Shown here one piece after another: positions 13,101 to 28,500 of a DNA stretch of 64,000 bases (position 1 is the stretch's first letter; each line of letters opens with the position of its first letter). The DNA lies in NCBI RefSeq assembly GCF_009914755.1, contig NC_060933.1, one strand, 5' to 3'. Below the pieces are notes generated by a model. The model saw only the letters and a program-made list of their open reading frames with translations, made no database searches and had not been told where the DNA came from. A program made the translations under genes and the position numbers. The stretch comes from the human T2T-CHM13v2.0 reference genome, Homo sapiens.

Positions 13101-16100
13101 ATGGAATGGAATGGAATGGAATGCAAAGGAATGGAATCAACCCGAGTGGAATGGCATGGAATGGAATGCAATGGAATGGAATGGAATGGAATCAACTCGA
13201 GTGGAAAGGAATGGAATGGAATGGAAAGGAATGGAATGAAATCAACTCGAGTGGAATGGAATGGAATGGATTGGAATGGATTGCAATGGAATGAAATGGA
13301 ATGGAATGGAATGGAATCAATCATTCCGAGTGGAATGGAAGGGAATGTAATGGAGTGGAAAGAAGAGAATGGAATCCACCCGATTGGAATGCAAGGCAAT
13401 GGAATGGAATGGAAAGGAAAGGAATGGAATCAACTCGATTGCAATGGAATGGAATGGAATGGAATGGAATGGAATGGAATTAACCTGAATAGAATGGAAT
13501 GCAATGGAATGGAACGGAATGGAATGGAATGGAAGGGAATGGAATCAACACGAGAGCAGGGGAATGGAATGGAATGGAATGCAATGGAATGGAATCATCC
13601 GGAATGGAATGGAATGGAATGGAGTGGAATGGAATAGAATGGAATGGAATTAACCCGAATAGAATGGAATGGAATGCAATGGAACGGAATGGAATAGAAT
13701 GGAATGGAATGGAATGGAATGGAAAGGAATCAACGCGACTGCAGGGGAATGGAATGGAATGGAATGCAATGGAATGGAATCATCCGGAACGGAATGGAAT
13801 GGAATGGAATGGAATCAACTCGATTGTAATGGAAAGGAATGGAATGGAATGGAATGGAATGGAATGGAATGGAATGGAATGGAATTTACCCGAATAGAAT
13901 GGAATGGAATGGAATGGAAAGGAATGGAAGGGAAGGGAATGGAATGTAATCAACCCGAGTGCAGGGGAATGGAATGGAATGGAATGCAATGGAATGGAAT
14001 CATCCGGAATGGAATGGAATGGAATGGAATGGAATGGAATGGAATGGAATGCAATGGAATGGAATCAACCCGAGTACAATGAAATGGAATGGAATGGAAT
14101 AGAATGGAATGGAATGCCTTCAAACTGAATGGAATGGAAAGGAATGGAATCAACACGAGTGGAATGGAATGGAATGGAATGGAATGGAATGGAGTGGAAT
14201 GGAATGGAATGGAATGGAATGGAATGGTACGGAATAGAATGGAATGGAACGAAATGGAATGGAATGGAATGGAATGGAATGGATTGGAATGGAATGGTAC
14301 GGAATAGAATGGAATGCAACGAAATGGAATGGAATGGAATGGAATGGAATGGAATGGAATGGAATGGAATGGAATCGTTCCGAGTGGAATAGGAGGGAAT
14401 GTATTCGAGTGGAATGGAAAGGAATGGAATCAACCAGAGTGGAATGGAAGGGAATGCAATGGAATGGAAACTAATAGAATGGAATCAACCCGAGTGGAAT
14501 GGAATGGAAAGGACTGGAATGGAATGGAATGGAATGGAATGGAATGGAATGCAATCAACTCCATTGTAATGGGATGGAATGGAATGGATTGGAATGGAAT
14601 GGAATGGAATGGAATGCAATGGAATTAACCCGAATATAATGGAATGGAATGGAATGGAACGGAATGCAAAGCAATGGAATCAACTCGATTGCAATGGAAT
14701 GGAATGGAATGGAATGGAAAGGAATAGAATGGAATCAACCCGAGTGGAATGGAATGGAAAGGACTGGAATGGAGTGGAATGGAATGGAACGGAATGGAAT
14801 GGAATCAACTCGATTGGGATGGAGTGGAATGGAATTTGAATGGAATGGAATGGAATGGAATGGAATGGAATTAACCCGAATAGAATGGAACGGAATGGAA
14901 TGGGACGGAATGGAATGGAATGGAATGGAATGGAATCAACCGGCTGCACGGGAATGGAATGGAATGGAATGCAATGGAATGGAATCATCCGGAAAGGAAT
15001 GGAATGGAATGGAATGGAATCAACTCGATTGCAATGGAATGGAATGGAATGGAATGGAATGGAATGGAATGGAATGGAAAGGAATGGAATTATCCCGAAT
15101 ACAATGGAATGGAATGGAATGGAAAGGAATGGAAGGGAATGGAATGGAATGTAATCAACCCAAGTGCAGGGGAATGGAATGGAATTGAATGCAATGGAAT
15201 GGAATCATCCGGAATGGAATGGAATGGAATGGAATGGAATGGAATGAAACCGATGCAATGGATTGGAATGGAATGGAATGGAATGGAATTAACACGAATA
15301 GAATGGAATGGAATGGAAAGGAAAGGAATGGAAGGGAATGGAATGGAATGTAATCAACCCAAGTGCAGGGGAATGGAATGGAATTGAATGCAATGGAATG
15401 GAATCTTCCGGAATGGAATGGAATGGAATTTAATGGAATGAACCCGATGCAATGGAATGGAATGGAATGGAATGGAAAAATCCCGAATGGAATGGAATGT
15501 AATGGAGTGTAAGGGAATTGAATAGAATCAGTCCGAAAGTAATGGAATGTAATGGAATGAAATGGAATGGAATGGAATGGAATGGAATCAAACCGAGTGC
15601 AATGGAATGGATTCGAATGGAATGGAATGGAATGGAAAGTAATAGAATGGAATCAACCCGAGTGGAATGGAATGGAAAGGACTGGAATGGACTGGAATGG
15701 AATGGAATGGAATGGAATCAAATCGATTGGAATGGAATGGAATGGAATGGAATGGAATGGAATGGAATCAACTCGATTGCAATGGAATGGAATGGAATGG
15801 AATGGAATGGAATGGAATGGAATGGAATGGAATGGAATTAACCCGAATAGAATGGAATGGAATGGAATGGAACGGAATGTAATGGAATGAAATGGAATGG
15901 AATCAACCCGAGTGCAGGGGAATGGAATGGAATGGAATGCAATGGAATGGAATAATCCGGAATGGAATGGAATGGAATGGAATGGAATGGAATGGAATGG
16001 AATGAAATCAACTCGATTGCAATGCAATGGAATGGAATGGAAAGGAATGGAAGGGAATGGAGTGGAATGTAATCAACCCGAGTGCAGGGGAATGGAATGG

Positions 16101-16830
16101 AATGGAATGCAATGGAATGGAATCATCCGGAATGGAATGGAATGGAATGGAATGGAATCAACCCAATGCAATGGAATGGAGTGGAATGGAATGGAATGGA
16201 ATGGAAACATCCCGAATGGAATTGAATGCAATGGAGTGTAAGGGAATTGAATAGAATCAATCCGAATGTAATGGAATGGAACGGAATGAAATGGAATGGA
16301 ATGCAATGGAATGGAATCAACCCGAGTGCAATGGAATGGATTCGAATGGAATGGAATGGAATGGAATGGATTCAACAAGAATGGAATGGAAAGGAATGGA
16401 ATCAACCCGAGTGTAATGGCATGGAATGGAATGGAATGGAATGGAATGGAATGGGATGGAATGGAATGTTACGGAATAGAATGGAATGGAATGAAATGGA
16501 ATGGAATGGAATGGAATGGAATGGAATGGAATGGAATGGAATGGAATGAACCAGTGTGCAATGTAATGGAATGGAATGGAATGGAATGGATACAACTCGA
16601 ATGGAATCAACTCGATTGCAATGGAATGGAATGGAATGGAAAGGAATAGAATGGAATCAACCCGAGTGGAATGGAATGGAAAGGACTGGAATGGAGTGGA
16701 ATGGAATGGAATGGAATTAACCCGAATAGAATGGAATGGAATGGAATGGAACGGAATGTAATGGAATGGAATGGAATGGATTCAACCCAAGTGCAGGGGA
16801 ATGGAATGGAATGGAATGCAATGGAATGGA
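4150..16830 (+). repeat. About 12.7 kb block, copy A (partner about 27540-40215)
   Basis: Collinear markers at about 23.36-23.40 kb offset: GAGACTAAGGGAGATGAATAGAAGC (11821/35218), paired CTCGAG (13196/36583), GGAATTTGAA (14831/38218), AATCAGTCCGAAAG (15526/38914), GATACAACTCG (16589/39972). ORF pairs 6129/29504, 10460/33827, 13047/36434, 15518/38906 and 16576/39959. Confidence 0.93.
4170..10340 (+). repeat. Imperfect tandem pair with about 3.35 kb period inside copy A (first unit carries an extra segment of about 0.43 kb, about 6530-6960)
   Basis: GAGTAAGGGAGTTGAGTAG at 4531/7865; ORF pairs 4696/8040, 5377/8725 and 6124/9482. Confidence 0.88.
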
Positions 16831-17779
16831 ATCTTCCGGAATGGAATGGAATGGAATGGAATGGAATCAACCCGAGTGCAATGGTATGGAGTGGAATGGA
16901 ATGGAACAACCCGAATGGAATGGAATGGAATGGAGAGTAAGGGAGTTGAATAGAATCAATCCGAATGTAATGGAATGTAATGGAACGGAATGGAATTGAA
17001 TGGAATGGAATGGAATGCAATGGAATGGAATCAACCCGAGTGCAATGGAATGGAGAGGAATGGAATGGAATGGAATGGAAACTACCCGAATGGAATGGAA
17101 TGGAATGCAGTGTAAGGGAATTGAATAGAATCAATCCGAATGTAATGGAATGGAACGGAATGGAATGGAATGGAATGGAATGGAATGGAATGGAATGGAA
17201 TGGAATGGAATGCAATGGAATGGAATCAACCCGAGTGCAATCGAATGGAATCCAATGGAATGGAATGCAATGGAATGGATTCAACTTGAATGGAAAGGAA
17301 AGAATGGAATCAACCCGAGTGGAATGGCATGGATTGGAATTTAATGGAATGGAATCAACCCGAGTACAGGGGAATGGAGTGGAATGGAATGCAATGGAAT
17401 GGAATCATCCGTAATGGAATGGAAAGGAATGGAATGGAATGGAATGGAATGGAATGGAATGGAATGGAATCAACTCGATTGCAATCGAATGGAATGGAAT
17501 GGAATTAACCCGAATAGAATGGAATGGAATGGAATGGAACGGAACGGAATGGAATGGAATGGAATGGAACGGAACGGAACAGAACGGAATGGAATGTAAT
17601 GGAATGGAATGGAATCAACGCGAGTGCAGGGGAATGGAATGGAATGGAATGCAATGGAATGGAATCTTCCGGAATGGAATGGAATGGAATGGAATGGAAT
17701 GAAATGCAATGGATTCAACTCGACTGCAATGGAATGGAATAGAATGGAATGGAATGGAATGGAATGGAATGGAATTAAC

Positions 17780-18600
17780 CCGAATAGAATGGAATGGAAT
17801 GGAATGGAATGGAACTGAATGGATTGGAATTGAATGGAATGGAATAGAATGGAATGGAATTAACCCGAATAGAATGGAATGGAATGGAATGGAATGGAAC
17901 GGAACGGAATGGAATGGAATGGAATGGAATGGAATGGAATGGAATGGAATGGAATCAACCCGACTTCAGGGGAATGGAATGGAATGGAATGCAATGGAAT
18001 AGATTCAACTTGAATGGAATGGAAAGAATGGAATCAACACGAGTGGAATGGCATGGATTGGAATGGAAGGGAATGGAATCAACCCGAGTACAGGGGAATG
18101 GAATGGAATGGAATGCAATGGAATGGAATCATCCGTAATGGAATAGAAAGGAATGGAATGGAATGGAATGGAATGGAATGGAATGGAATGGAATGGAATG
18201 GAATCAACTCGATTGCAATCGAATGGAATGGAATGGAATTAACCCGAATAGAATGGAATGGAATGGAATGGAACGGAACGGAATGGAATGGAATGGAATG
18301 GAATGGAATGGAATGGAACCGAAAGGAATGGAATGGAATGGAATGGAGTGGAATGGAATGGAATCAACGTGAGTGCAGGGGAATGGAATGGAATGGAATG
18401 CAATGGAGTGGAATCTTCCGGAATGGAATGGAAAGGAATGGAATGGAATGGAACGGAATCAACCCGAGTGCAATGGAATGGAGTGGAATGGAATGGAACA
18501 ACCCGAATGGAATGGAATGTAATGGAGCGTAAGGGAGTTGAATAGAATCAATCCGAATGTAATGGAATGGAATGGAACGGAATGGAATTGAATGGAATGG
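17780..18600 (+). repeat. About 0.8 kb segment duplicated at about 22750-23570
   Basis: Markers CCCGACTTCAGGGG (about 17959/22930), GGAACCGAAAGG and GGAGCGTAAGGG; ORF pair 18014..18532 / 22985..23503 (offset 4971). Confidence 0.88.
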
Positions 18601-19079
18601 AATGGAATGCAATGGAATGGAATCAACCCGAGTGCAATGGAATGGAGAGGAATGGAATGGAATGGAATGGAAACTACCCGAATGGAATGGAATGGAATGC
18701 AGTGTAAGGGAATTGAATAGAATCAATCCGAATGTAATGGAATGGAACGGAATGGAATGGAATGGAATGGAATGGAATGGAATGGAATGGAATGCAATGG
18801 AATGGAATCTTCTGGAATGGAATGGAATGGAATGGAATGGAATGAAATGCAATGGATTCAACTCGACTGCAATGGAATGCAATAGAATGGAATGGAATGG
18901 AATGGAATGGAATGGAATTAACCCGAATAGAATGGAATGGAATGGAATGGAACGGAATGGAACTGAATGGAATGGAATGGAATGGAATGGTATGGAATTG
19001 AATGGAATGGTAAGGAATAGAATGGAATGGAACGAATTGTAATGGAATGGAATTGAATGGAATGGAATGGAATGGAATG

Positions 19080-21500
19080 GAATCAACGCGAGTGCAGGGG
19101 AATGGAATGGAACGGAATGCAATGGAATGGAATCATCCGGAATGTAATGGAATGGAATGGAAAGGAATGGAATGGAATCAACCCGAGTGCAATGGAATGG
19201 AGTGGAATGGAATGGAATGGAATGGAACAACCCGAATGGAATGTAATGTAATGGAGTGTAAGGGAATTGAACAGAATGAATCCGAATGGAATGGAATGGA
19301 ATGGAATGGAAAGGAATGGAATGGAATGGAATGGAATGGAATGGAATGGAATGGAATGCAATGCCATGGAATCAACACGAGTGCAAACGAATGGAATCGA
19401 ATGGAATGGAATGCAATGGAATGGATTCATCTTGAATGGAATGGAAAGAATGGAATCAACACGAGTGGAATGGCATGGATTGGAATGGAATGGAATGGAA
19501 TCAACCCGAGTACAGGGGAAAGGAATGGAATGGAATGGAATGGAATGGAATGGAATCATCCGTAATGTAATGGAAAGGAATGGAATGGAATGGAATGGAA
19601 TGGAATGGAATGGAATCAACTCGATTGCAATCGAATGGAATGGAATGGAATTAACCCGAATAGAATGGAATGGAATGGAATGGAATGGAACGGAACGGAA
19701 TGGAATGGAATGGAATGGAACGGAACGGAACGGAATGGAATGGAATGGAATGGAATGGAATGGAATGGAATCAACGCGAGTGCAGGGGAATGGAATGGAA
19801 TGGAATGCAATGGAATGGAATCTTCCGGAATGGAATGGAATGGAATGCAATGGAATGAAATGCAATGGATTCAACTCGATTGCAATGGAATGGAATAGAA
19901 TGGAATGGAATGGAATTAACCCGAATAGAATGGAATGGAATGGAATGGAACGGAATGGAACGGAATGGAATGCAATGGAATGGAATGGAATGGAATGGAA
20001 CGGAATGGAATGGAATGGAATTAACCCGAATAGAATGGAATGGAATGGAATGGAACGGAATGGAACGGAATGGAATGGAATGGAATGGAGTGGAATGGTA
20101 TGGAATGGAATGGAATGGTACGGAATAGAATGGAATGGAACGAATTGTAATGGAATGGAATTGAATGGAATGGAATGGAATGGAATGGAATCAACGCGAG
20201 TGCAGGGGAATGTAATGGAAAGGAATGCAATGGAATGGAATCATCCGGAATGAATGGAATGGAATGGAATGGAATGGAATCAACCCGAGTGCAATGGAAT
20301 GGAGTGGAATGGAATGGAATGGAATGGAAGAACCCGAATGGAATGGAATGTAATGGAGAGTAAGGGAGTTGAATAGAATCAATCCGAATGTAATGGAATG
20401 GAAAGCAACGGAATGGAATGGAATAGAATGGAATGGAATGGAATGGAATGGAATGCAATGGAATGGAATCAACCCGAGTACAATGGAATGGAATGGAATG
20501 GAATGGAATGGAATGGAATGGAATGGAATGGAATCAACGCGACTGCAGGGGAATGGAATGGAACGGAATGCAATGGAAAGGAATCATCCGGAATGGAATG
20601 GAATGGAATGGAAAGGAATGGAATGGAATCAACCCCAGTGCAATGGAATGGAGTGGAATGGAATGGAATGGAATGGAACAACCCGAATGGAATGTAATGT
20701 AATGGAGTGTAAGGGAATTGAATAGAATGAATCAGAATGGAATGGAATGGAATGGAAAGGAATGGAATGGAATGAAATGGAATGCAATGGAATGGAATGC
20801 AATGCCATGGAATCAACACGAGTGCAAACGAATGGAATCGAATGGAATGGAATGCAATGGAATGGATTCATCTTGAATGGAATGGAAAGAATGGAATCAA
20901 CACGAGTGGAATGGCATGGATTGGAATGGAATGGAATGGAATCAACCCGAGTACAGGGGAAAGGAATGGAATGGAATGGAATGGAATGGAATGGAATCAA
21001 CTCGATTGCAATCGAATGGAATGGAATGGAATTAACCCGAATAGAGTGGAATGGAATGGAATGGAATCAACTCGATTGCAATCGAATGGAATGGAATGGA
21101 ATTAACCCGAATAGAGTGGAATGGAATGGAATGGAATGGAACGGAACGGAATGGAATGGAATGGAATGGAATGAAATGGAACGGAACGGAACGGAACGGA
21201 ATGGAATGGAATGGAATGGAATGGAATGGAATCAACGCGAGTGCAGGGGAATGGAATGGAATGGAATGCAATGGAATGGAATCTTCCGGAATGGAATGGA
21301 ATGGAATGGAATGGAATGAAATGCAATGGATTCAACTCGATTGCAATGGAATGGAATAGAATGGAATGGAATGGAATGGAATGGAATGGAATTAACCCGA
21401 ATAGAATGGAATGGAATGGAATGGAACGGAATGGAACGGAATGGAATGGAATGGAATGGAATGGAATGGTATGGAATGGAATGGAATGGAATGGAATGGA
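19080..21500 (+). repeat. Imperfect local tandem repeat with about 1.44 kb period
   Basis: GCCATGGAATCAACACGAGTGCAAACG at 19363 and 20804, followed by the same module order (TTCATCTTG, GTACAGGGGAAAGG, CTTCCGG). Confidence 0.75.
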
Positions 21501-22590
21501 ATGGAATGGAACAACCCGAATGGAATGGAATGTAATGAAGAGTAAGGGATTTGAATACAATCAATCCGAATGAAATGGAATGGAATGCAACGGAATGGAA
21601 TGGAATGGAATGCAATGGAATTGAATCAACCCGAGTACAATGGAATGCAATGGAATGGAATGGAATGGAATGGAATGGAATGGAATTGAATGGAATGGAA
21701 TGCCTTCAAACCGAATGGAATGGAAAGGAATGGAATCAACACGAGTGGAATGGAATGGAATGGAATGGAATGGAATGGAATGGTACGGAATAGAATGGAA
21801 TGGAACGAAATGGAATGGAATGGAATGGAATGGAATGGAATGGAATGGAATCGTTCCGAGTGGAATAGGAGGGAATGTATTCGAGTGGAATGGAAAGGAA
21901 TGGAATCAACCAGAGTGGAATGGAAGGGAATGGAATGGAATGGAAACTAATAGAATGGAATCAACCCGAGTGGAATGGAATGGAAAGCACTGGAATGGAA
22001 TGGAATGGAATGGAATCAACTCGATTGTAATGGAATGGAATGGAATGGAATGGAATGGAAAGGAATGCAATGGAATCAACCCGAATACAATGGAATGGAA
22101 TGGAATGCAATGGAATGGAGTGGAATGGAATGGAATCAACCCGAGTGCAGGGGAATGGAACGGAATGGAATGCAATGGAAAGGAATCATCCGGAATGGAA
22201 TGGAATGGAATGGAATGCAAAGCAATGGAATCAACTCGATTGCAATGGAATGGAATGGAATGGAAAGGAATAGAATGGAATCAACCCGAGTGGAATGGAA
22301 TGGAAAGGACTGGAATTGAGTGAAATGGAATGGAATGGAATGGAATCAACTCGATTGGAATGGAATGGAATGGAATGGAATGTTATGGAATGGAATTAAC
22401 CCGAATAGAATGGAATGGAATGGAGTGGAATGGAATAGAATGGAATTAACCCGAATAGAATAGAATGGAACGGAATGGAACGTAATGTAATGTAATGGAA
22501 TGGAATGGAATCCATCCGAGTGCAGGGGAATGGAATGGAATGGAATGCAATGGAATGGAATCATCCGGAATGGAATGGAATGGAATGGAA
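20560..22590 (+). repeat. About 2 kb dispersed duplication, copy 2 (partner 1-2000)
   Basis: Same private markers as 1-2000. The ORF-track ends 1739 and 22323 (both ...MERTGIE) give an offset of 20584. Confidence 0.9.
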
Positions 22591-25500
22591 TGGAATGGAA
22601 TGGAATCAACTCGATTTCAATGGACTGGAATGGAATAGAATGGAATGGAATTAACACGAATACAATGGAATGGAATGGAATGGAACGGAATGGAACGGAA
22701 TGGAATGGAATGGAATGGAATGGAATGGAATGGAATGGTATGGAATGGAATGGAATTAACCCGAATAGAATGGAATGGAATGGAATGGAATGGAACTGAA
22801 TGGATTGGAATGGAATGGAATGGAATAGAATGGAATGGAATTAACCCGAATAGAATGGAATGGAATGCAATGGAACGGAACGGAATTGAATGGAATGGAA
22901 TGGAATGGAATGGAATGGAATGGAATCAACCCGACTTCAGGGGAATGGAATGGAATGGAATGCAATGGAAAAGATTCAACTTGAATGGAATGGAAAGAAT
23001 GGAATCAACACGAGTGGAATGGCATGGATTGGAATAGAAGGGAATGGAATCAACCCGAGTACAGGGGAATGGAATGGAATGGAATGCAATGGAATGGAAT
23101 CATCCGTAATGGAATAGAAAGGAATGGAATGGAATGGAATGGAATGGAATGGAATGGAATGGAATGGAATGGAATCAACTCGATTGCAATCGAATGGAAT
23201 GGAATGGAATTAACCCGAATAGAATGGAATGGAATGGAATGGAACGGAACGGAATGGAATGGAATGGAATGGAATGGAATGGAATGGAACCGAAAGGAAT
23301 GGAATGGAATGGAATGCAGTGGAATGGAATGGAATCAACGTGAGTGCAGGGGAATGGAATGGAATGGAATGCAATGGAGTGGAATCTTCCGGAATGGAAT
23401 GGAAAGGAATGGAATGGAATGGAACGGAATCAACCCGAGTGCAATGGAATGGAGTGGAATGGAATGGAACAACCCGAATGGAATGGAATGTAATGGAGCG
23501 TAAGGGAGTTGAATAGAATCAATCCGAATGTAATGGAATGGAATGGAACGGAATGGAATTGAATGGAATGGAATGGAATGGAATGGAATCAACTCGATTG
23601 CAATTGAATGGAATGGAATGGAGTTAACCCGTATAGAATGGAATGGAATGGAATGGAATGGAACGGAATGGAATGGAATGGAATGGAATGGAACGGAACG
23701 GATCGGAATGCAATGGAATGGAATGGAATTGAATGGAATGGAATGGAATGGAATCAACGCGAGTGCAGGGGAATGGAATGGAATGGAATGCAATGGAATG
23801 GAATCTTCCGGAATGGAATGGAATGGAATGGAATAGAATGGAATGGAATGGAATGGAATGGAATCAACCCGAGTACAGGGGAATGGAATGGAATGTAATG
23901 CAATGGAATGGAATCATCCATAATGGAATGGAAAGGAATGGAATGGAATGGAATGGAATGGAGTGGAATGGAATGGAATCAACTCGATTGCAATCGAATG
24001 GAATGGAATGGAATTAACCCGAATAGAATGGAATGGAATGGAATGGAACGGAACGGAACGGAATGGAACGGAATGGAATGCAATGGAATGGAATGGAATG
24101 GAATGGAATGGAACGGAAAGGAATGGAATGGAATGGAATGGAAAGGAATGGAATGGAATGGAATCAACGCGAGTGCAGGGGAATGGAATGGAATGGAATG
24201 CAATGGAATGGAATCTTCCGGAATGGAAAGGAATGGAATGGAATGGAATGGAATGGAATGGAATGGAACAAACCCGAGTGCAATGGAATGGAGTGGAATG
24301 GAATGGAATGGAATGGATCAACCCGAATGGAATGGAATATAATGGAGAGTAAGGGAGTTGAGTAGAATCAATACGAATATAATGGAATGGAATGGAACGG
24401 AATGGAATTGAATGGAATGGAATGGAATGGAATGGAATGGAATCAACACGATTGCAATCGAATGGAATTGAATGGAATTAACCCGAATAGAATGGAATGG
24501 AATGGAATGGAACGGAACGGAATGGAATGGAATGGAATGTAATGGAATGGAACGGAACGGAACGGAATGGAATGGAATGGAATGGAATGGAAAGGAATGG
24601 AATCAACGCGAGTACAGGGGAATGGAATGTAATGGAATGCAATGGAATGGAATCTTCCGGAATGGAATGGAATGTAATGGAATCAACCCGAGTGCAATGG
24701 AATGGAGTGGAATGGAATGGAATGGAATGGAACAACCAGAATGGAATCGAACGTAATGGAGAGTAAGGGAGTTGAATAGAATCAATCCGAATGTAATGGA
24801 ATGGAATGGAACGGAATGGAATGGAATGGAATGGAATGGAATGGAATGGAATGCAATGGAATGGAATCAACCCGAGTGCAATCGAATGGAATCGAATGGA
24901 ATGGAATGCAATGGAATAGATTCAACTAGAATGGAATGGAAATAATGGAATCAACACGAGTGGAAGTGCATGGATTGGAATGGAATGGAATGGAATCAAC
25001 CCGAGTACAGGGGAATGGAATGGAATGGAATGCAATGGAATGGAATCATCCGTAATGGAATGGAAAGGAATGGAATGGAATGGAATGGAATGGAATGGAA
25101 TGGAATCCACTCGATTGCAATCGAATGGAATGGAATGGAATTAACCCGAATAGAATGGAATGGAATGGAATGGAACGGAACGGAACGGAACGGAATGGAA
25201 TGGAATGGAATGGAAAGGAAAGGAAGGGAATGGAATGGAATAGAATGGAATAGAATAGAATCAACGCGAGTGCAGGGGAATGGAATGGAATGGAATGCAA
25301 TGGAATGGCATCTTCCGGAATGGAATGGAATGGAATGGAATGGAATGGAATGGAATCAACCCGAGTCAAATGGAATGGAGTGGAATGGAATGGAATGGAA
25401 TGGAACAACCCGAATGGAATGGAATGTAATGGAGAGTAAGGGAGTTGAATAGAATCAATCCGAATGCAATGGAATGCAATGGAACGGAATAGAATTGAAT

Positions 25501-26099
25501 GGAATGGAATGGAATGCAATGGAATGGAATCAACCCGAGTGCAATGGAATGGAGAGGAATGGAATGGAATGGAATGGAAACTACCCGAATGGAATGTAAT
25601 GTAATGGAGTGTAAGGGAATTGAATAGAATCAATCCGAATGGAATGGAATGGAATGGAACGGAATGGAATGGAATGGAATCGAATGGAATGGAATGGAAT
25701 GCAATGGAATGGAATCAACCCGAGTGCAATCGAATGGAATCGAATGGAATGGAATGCAATGGAATGGAATCAACTTGAATGGAATGGAAAGAATGGAATC
25801 AACACGAGTGGAATGGCATGGATTGGAATGGAATGGAATGGAATCAACCCGAGTACAGGGGAATGGAATGGAATGGAATGCAATGGAATGGAATCATCCG
25901 TAATGGAATGGAAAGGAATGGAATGGAATGGAATGGAATGGAATGGAATGGAATGGAATGGAATGGAATCAACTCGATTGCAATCGAATGGAATGGAATG
26001 GAATTAACCCGAATAGAATGGAATGGAATGGAATGGAACGGAACGGAATGGAATGGAATGGAATGGAATGGAACGGAACGGAATGGAATGGAATGGAAT

Positions 26100-28500
26100 G
26101 GAATGGAATCAACGCGAACGCAGGGGAATGGAATGGAATGGAATGCAATGGAATGGAATCTTCCGGAATGGAATGGAATGGAATGGAATGGAATGAAATG
26201 CAATGGATTCAACTCGATTGCAATGGAATGGAATAGAATGGAATGGAATGGAATGGAATGGAATTAATCCGAATAGAATGGAATGGAATGGAATGGAACG
26301 GAATGGAACGGAATGGAATGGAATGGAATGGAATGGTATGCAATGGAATGGAATGGTACGGAATAGAATGGAATGGAACGAATTGTAATGGAATGGAATT
26401 GAATGGAATTGAATGGAATGGAATGGAATCAACGCGAGTGCAGGGGAATGTAATGGAAGGGAATGCAATAGAATGGAATCATCCGGAATGGAATGGAATG
26501 GAATGGAATGGAATGGAATGGAATCAACCCGAGTACAGGGGAATGGAATGGAATGTAATGCAATGGAATGGAATCATCCGTAATGGAATGGAAAGGAATG
26601 GAATGGAATGGAATGGAATGGAATGGAATCAACTCGATTGCAATCGAATGGAATGGAATGGAATTAACCCGAATAGAATGGAATGGAATGGAATGGAACG
26701 GAACGGAACGGAACGGAACGGAATGGAATGGAATGGAATGGAATGGAACGGAAAGGAATGGAATGGAATGGAATGGAATGGAATCAACGCGAGTGCAGGG
26801 GAATGGAATGGAATGGAATGCAATGGAATGGAATCTTCCGGAATGGAATGGAATGGAATGGAATGGAATGGAATGGAACAAACCCGAGTGCAATGGAATG
26901 GAGTGGAATGGAATGGAATGGAATGGAACAACCCGAATGGAATGGAATATAATGGAGAGTAAGGGAGTTGAGTAGAATCAATCCGAATATAATGGAATGG
27001 AATGGAACGGAATGGAATTGAATGGAATGGAATGGAATCAACGCGAACGCAGGGGAATGGAATGGAATGGAATGCAATGGAATGGAATCTTCCGGAATGG
27101 AATGGAATGGAATGGAATGGAATGAAATGCAATGGATTCAACTCGATTGCAATGGAATGGAATAGAATGGAAAGGAATGGAATGGAATGGAATTAATCCG
27201 AATAGAATGGAATGGAATGGAATGGAACGGAATGGAACGGAATGGAATGGAATGGAATGGAATGGTATGTAATGGAATGGAATGGTACGGAAAAGAATGG
27301 AATGGAACGAATTGTAATGGAATGGAATTGAATGGAATGGAATGGAATGGAATGGAATCAACGCGAGTGCAGGGGAATGTAATGGAACGGAATGCAATGG
27401 AATGGAATCATCCGGAATGGAATGGAATGCAATGGAATGGAATGGAATCAACCCGAGTACAGGGGAATGGAATGGAATGTAATGCAATGGAATGGAATCA
27501 TCCGTAATGGAATGGAAAGGAATGGAATGGAATGGAATGGAATGGAATGGAATGGAATCAACTCGATTGCAATCGAATGGAATGGAATGGAATTAACCCG
27601 AATAGAATGGAATGGAATGGAATGGAACGGAACGGAACGGAACGGAATGGAATGGAATGGAATGGAATGGAATGGAACGGAAAGGAATGGAATGGAATGG
27701 AATGGAATGGAATGGAATGGAATGGAATCAACGCGAGTGCAGGGGAATGGAATGGAATGGAATGCAATGGAATGGAATCTTCCGGAATGGAATGAAATGG
27801 AATGGAATGGAATGGAATGGAATGGAACAAACCCGAGTGCAATGGAATGGAGTGGAATGGAATGGAATGGAATGGAACAACCCGAATGTAATGGAATATA
27901 ATGGAGAGTAAGGGAGTTGAGTAGAATCAATCCGAATACAATGGAATGGAATGGAACGGAATGGAATTGAATGGAATGGAATGGAATCAATGCGAACGCA
28001 GGGGAATGGAATGGAATGGAATGCAATGGAATGGAATCTTCCGGAATGGAATGGAATGGAATGGAATGGAATGAAATGCAGTGGATTCAACTCGATTGCA
28101 ATGGAATGGAATAGAATGGAATGGAATGGAATGGAATGGAATGGAATGGAATTAATCCGAATAGAATGGAATGGAATGGAATGGAACGGAATGGAACGGA
28201 ATGGAATGGAATGGAATGGAATGGTATGCAATGGAATGGAATGGTACGGAATACAATGGAATGGAACGAATTGTAATGGAATGGAATTGAATGGAATGGA
28301 ATGGAATGGAATGGAATCAACGCGAGTGCAGGGGAATGTAATGGAACGGAATGCAATAGAATGGAATCATCCGGAATGGAATGGAATGGAATGGAATGGA
28401 ATGGAATCAACCCGAGTACAGGGGAATGGAATGGAATGTAATGCAATGGAATGGAAAGGAATGGAATGGAATGGAATGGAATGGAATGGAATCAACTCGA
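26100..28500 (+). repeat. Tandem subunit of about 0.93-0.95 kb (about 2.5 copies); the same subunit repeats at about 7010-8500 and 30370-31880
   Basis: CAA(C/T)GCGAACGCAGGGG at about 26110, 27039 and 27988; GAGTTGAGTAG module at 26957/27906; ORF pairs 7112/8040 and 30467/31421. Confidence 0.85.
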
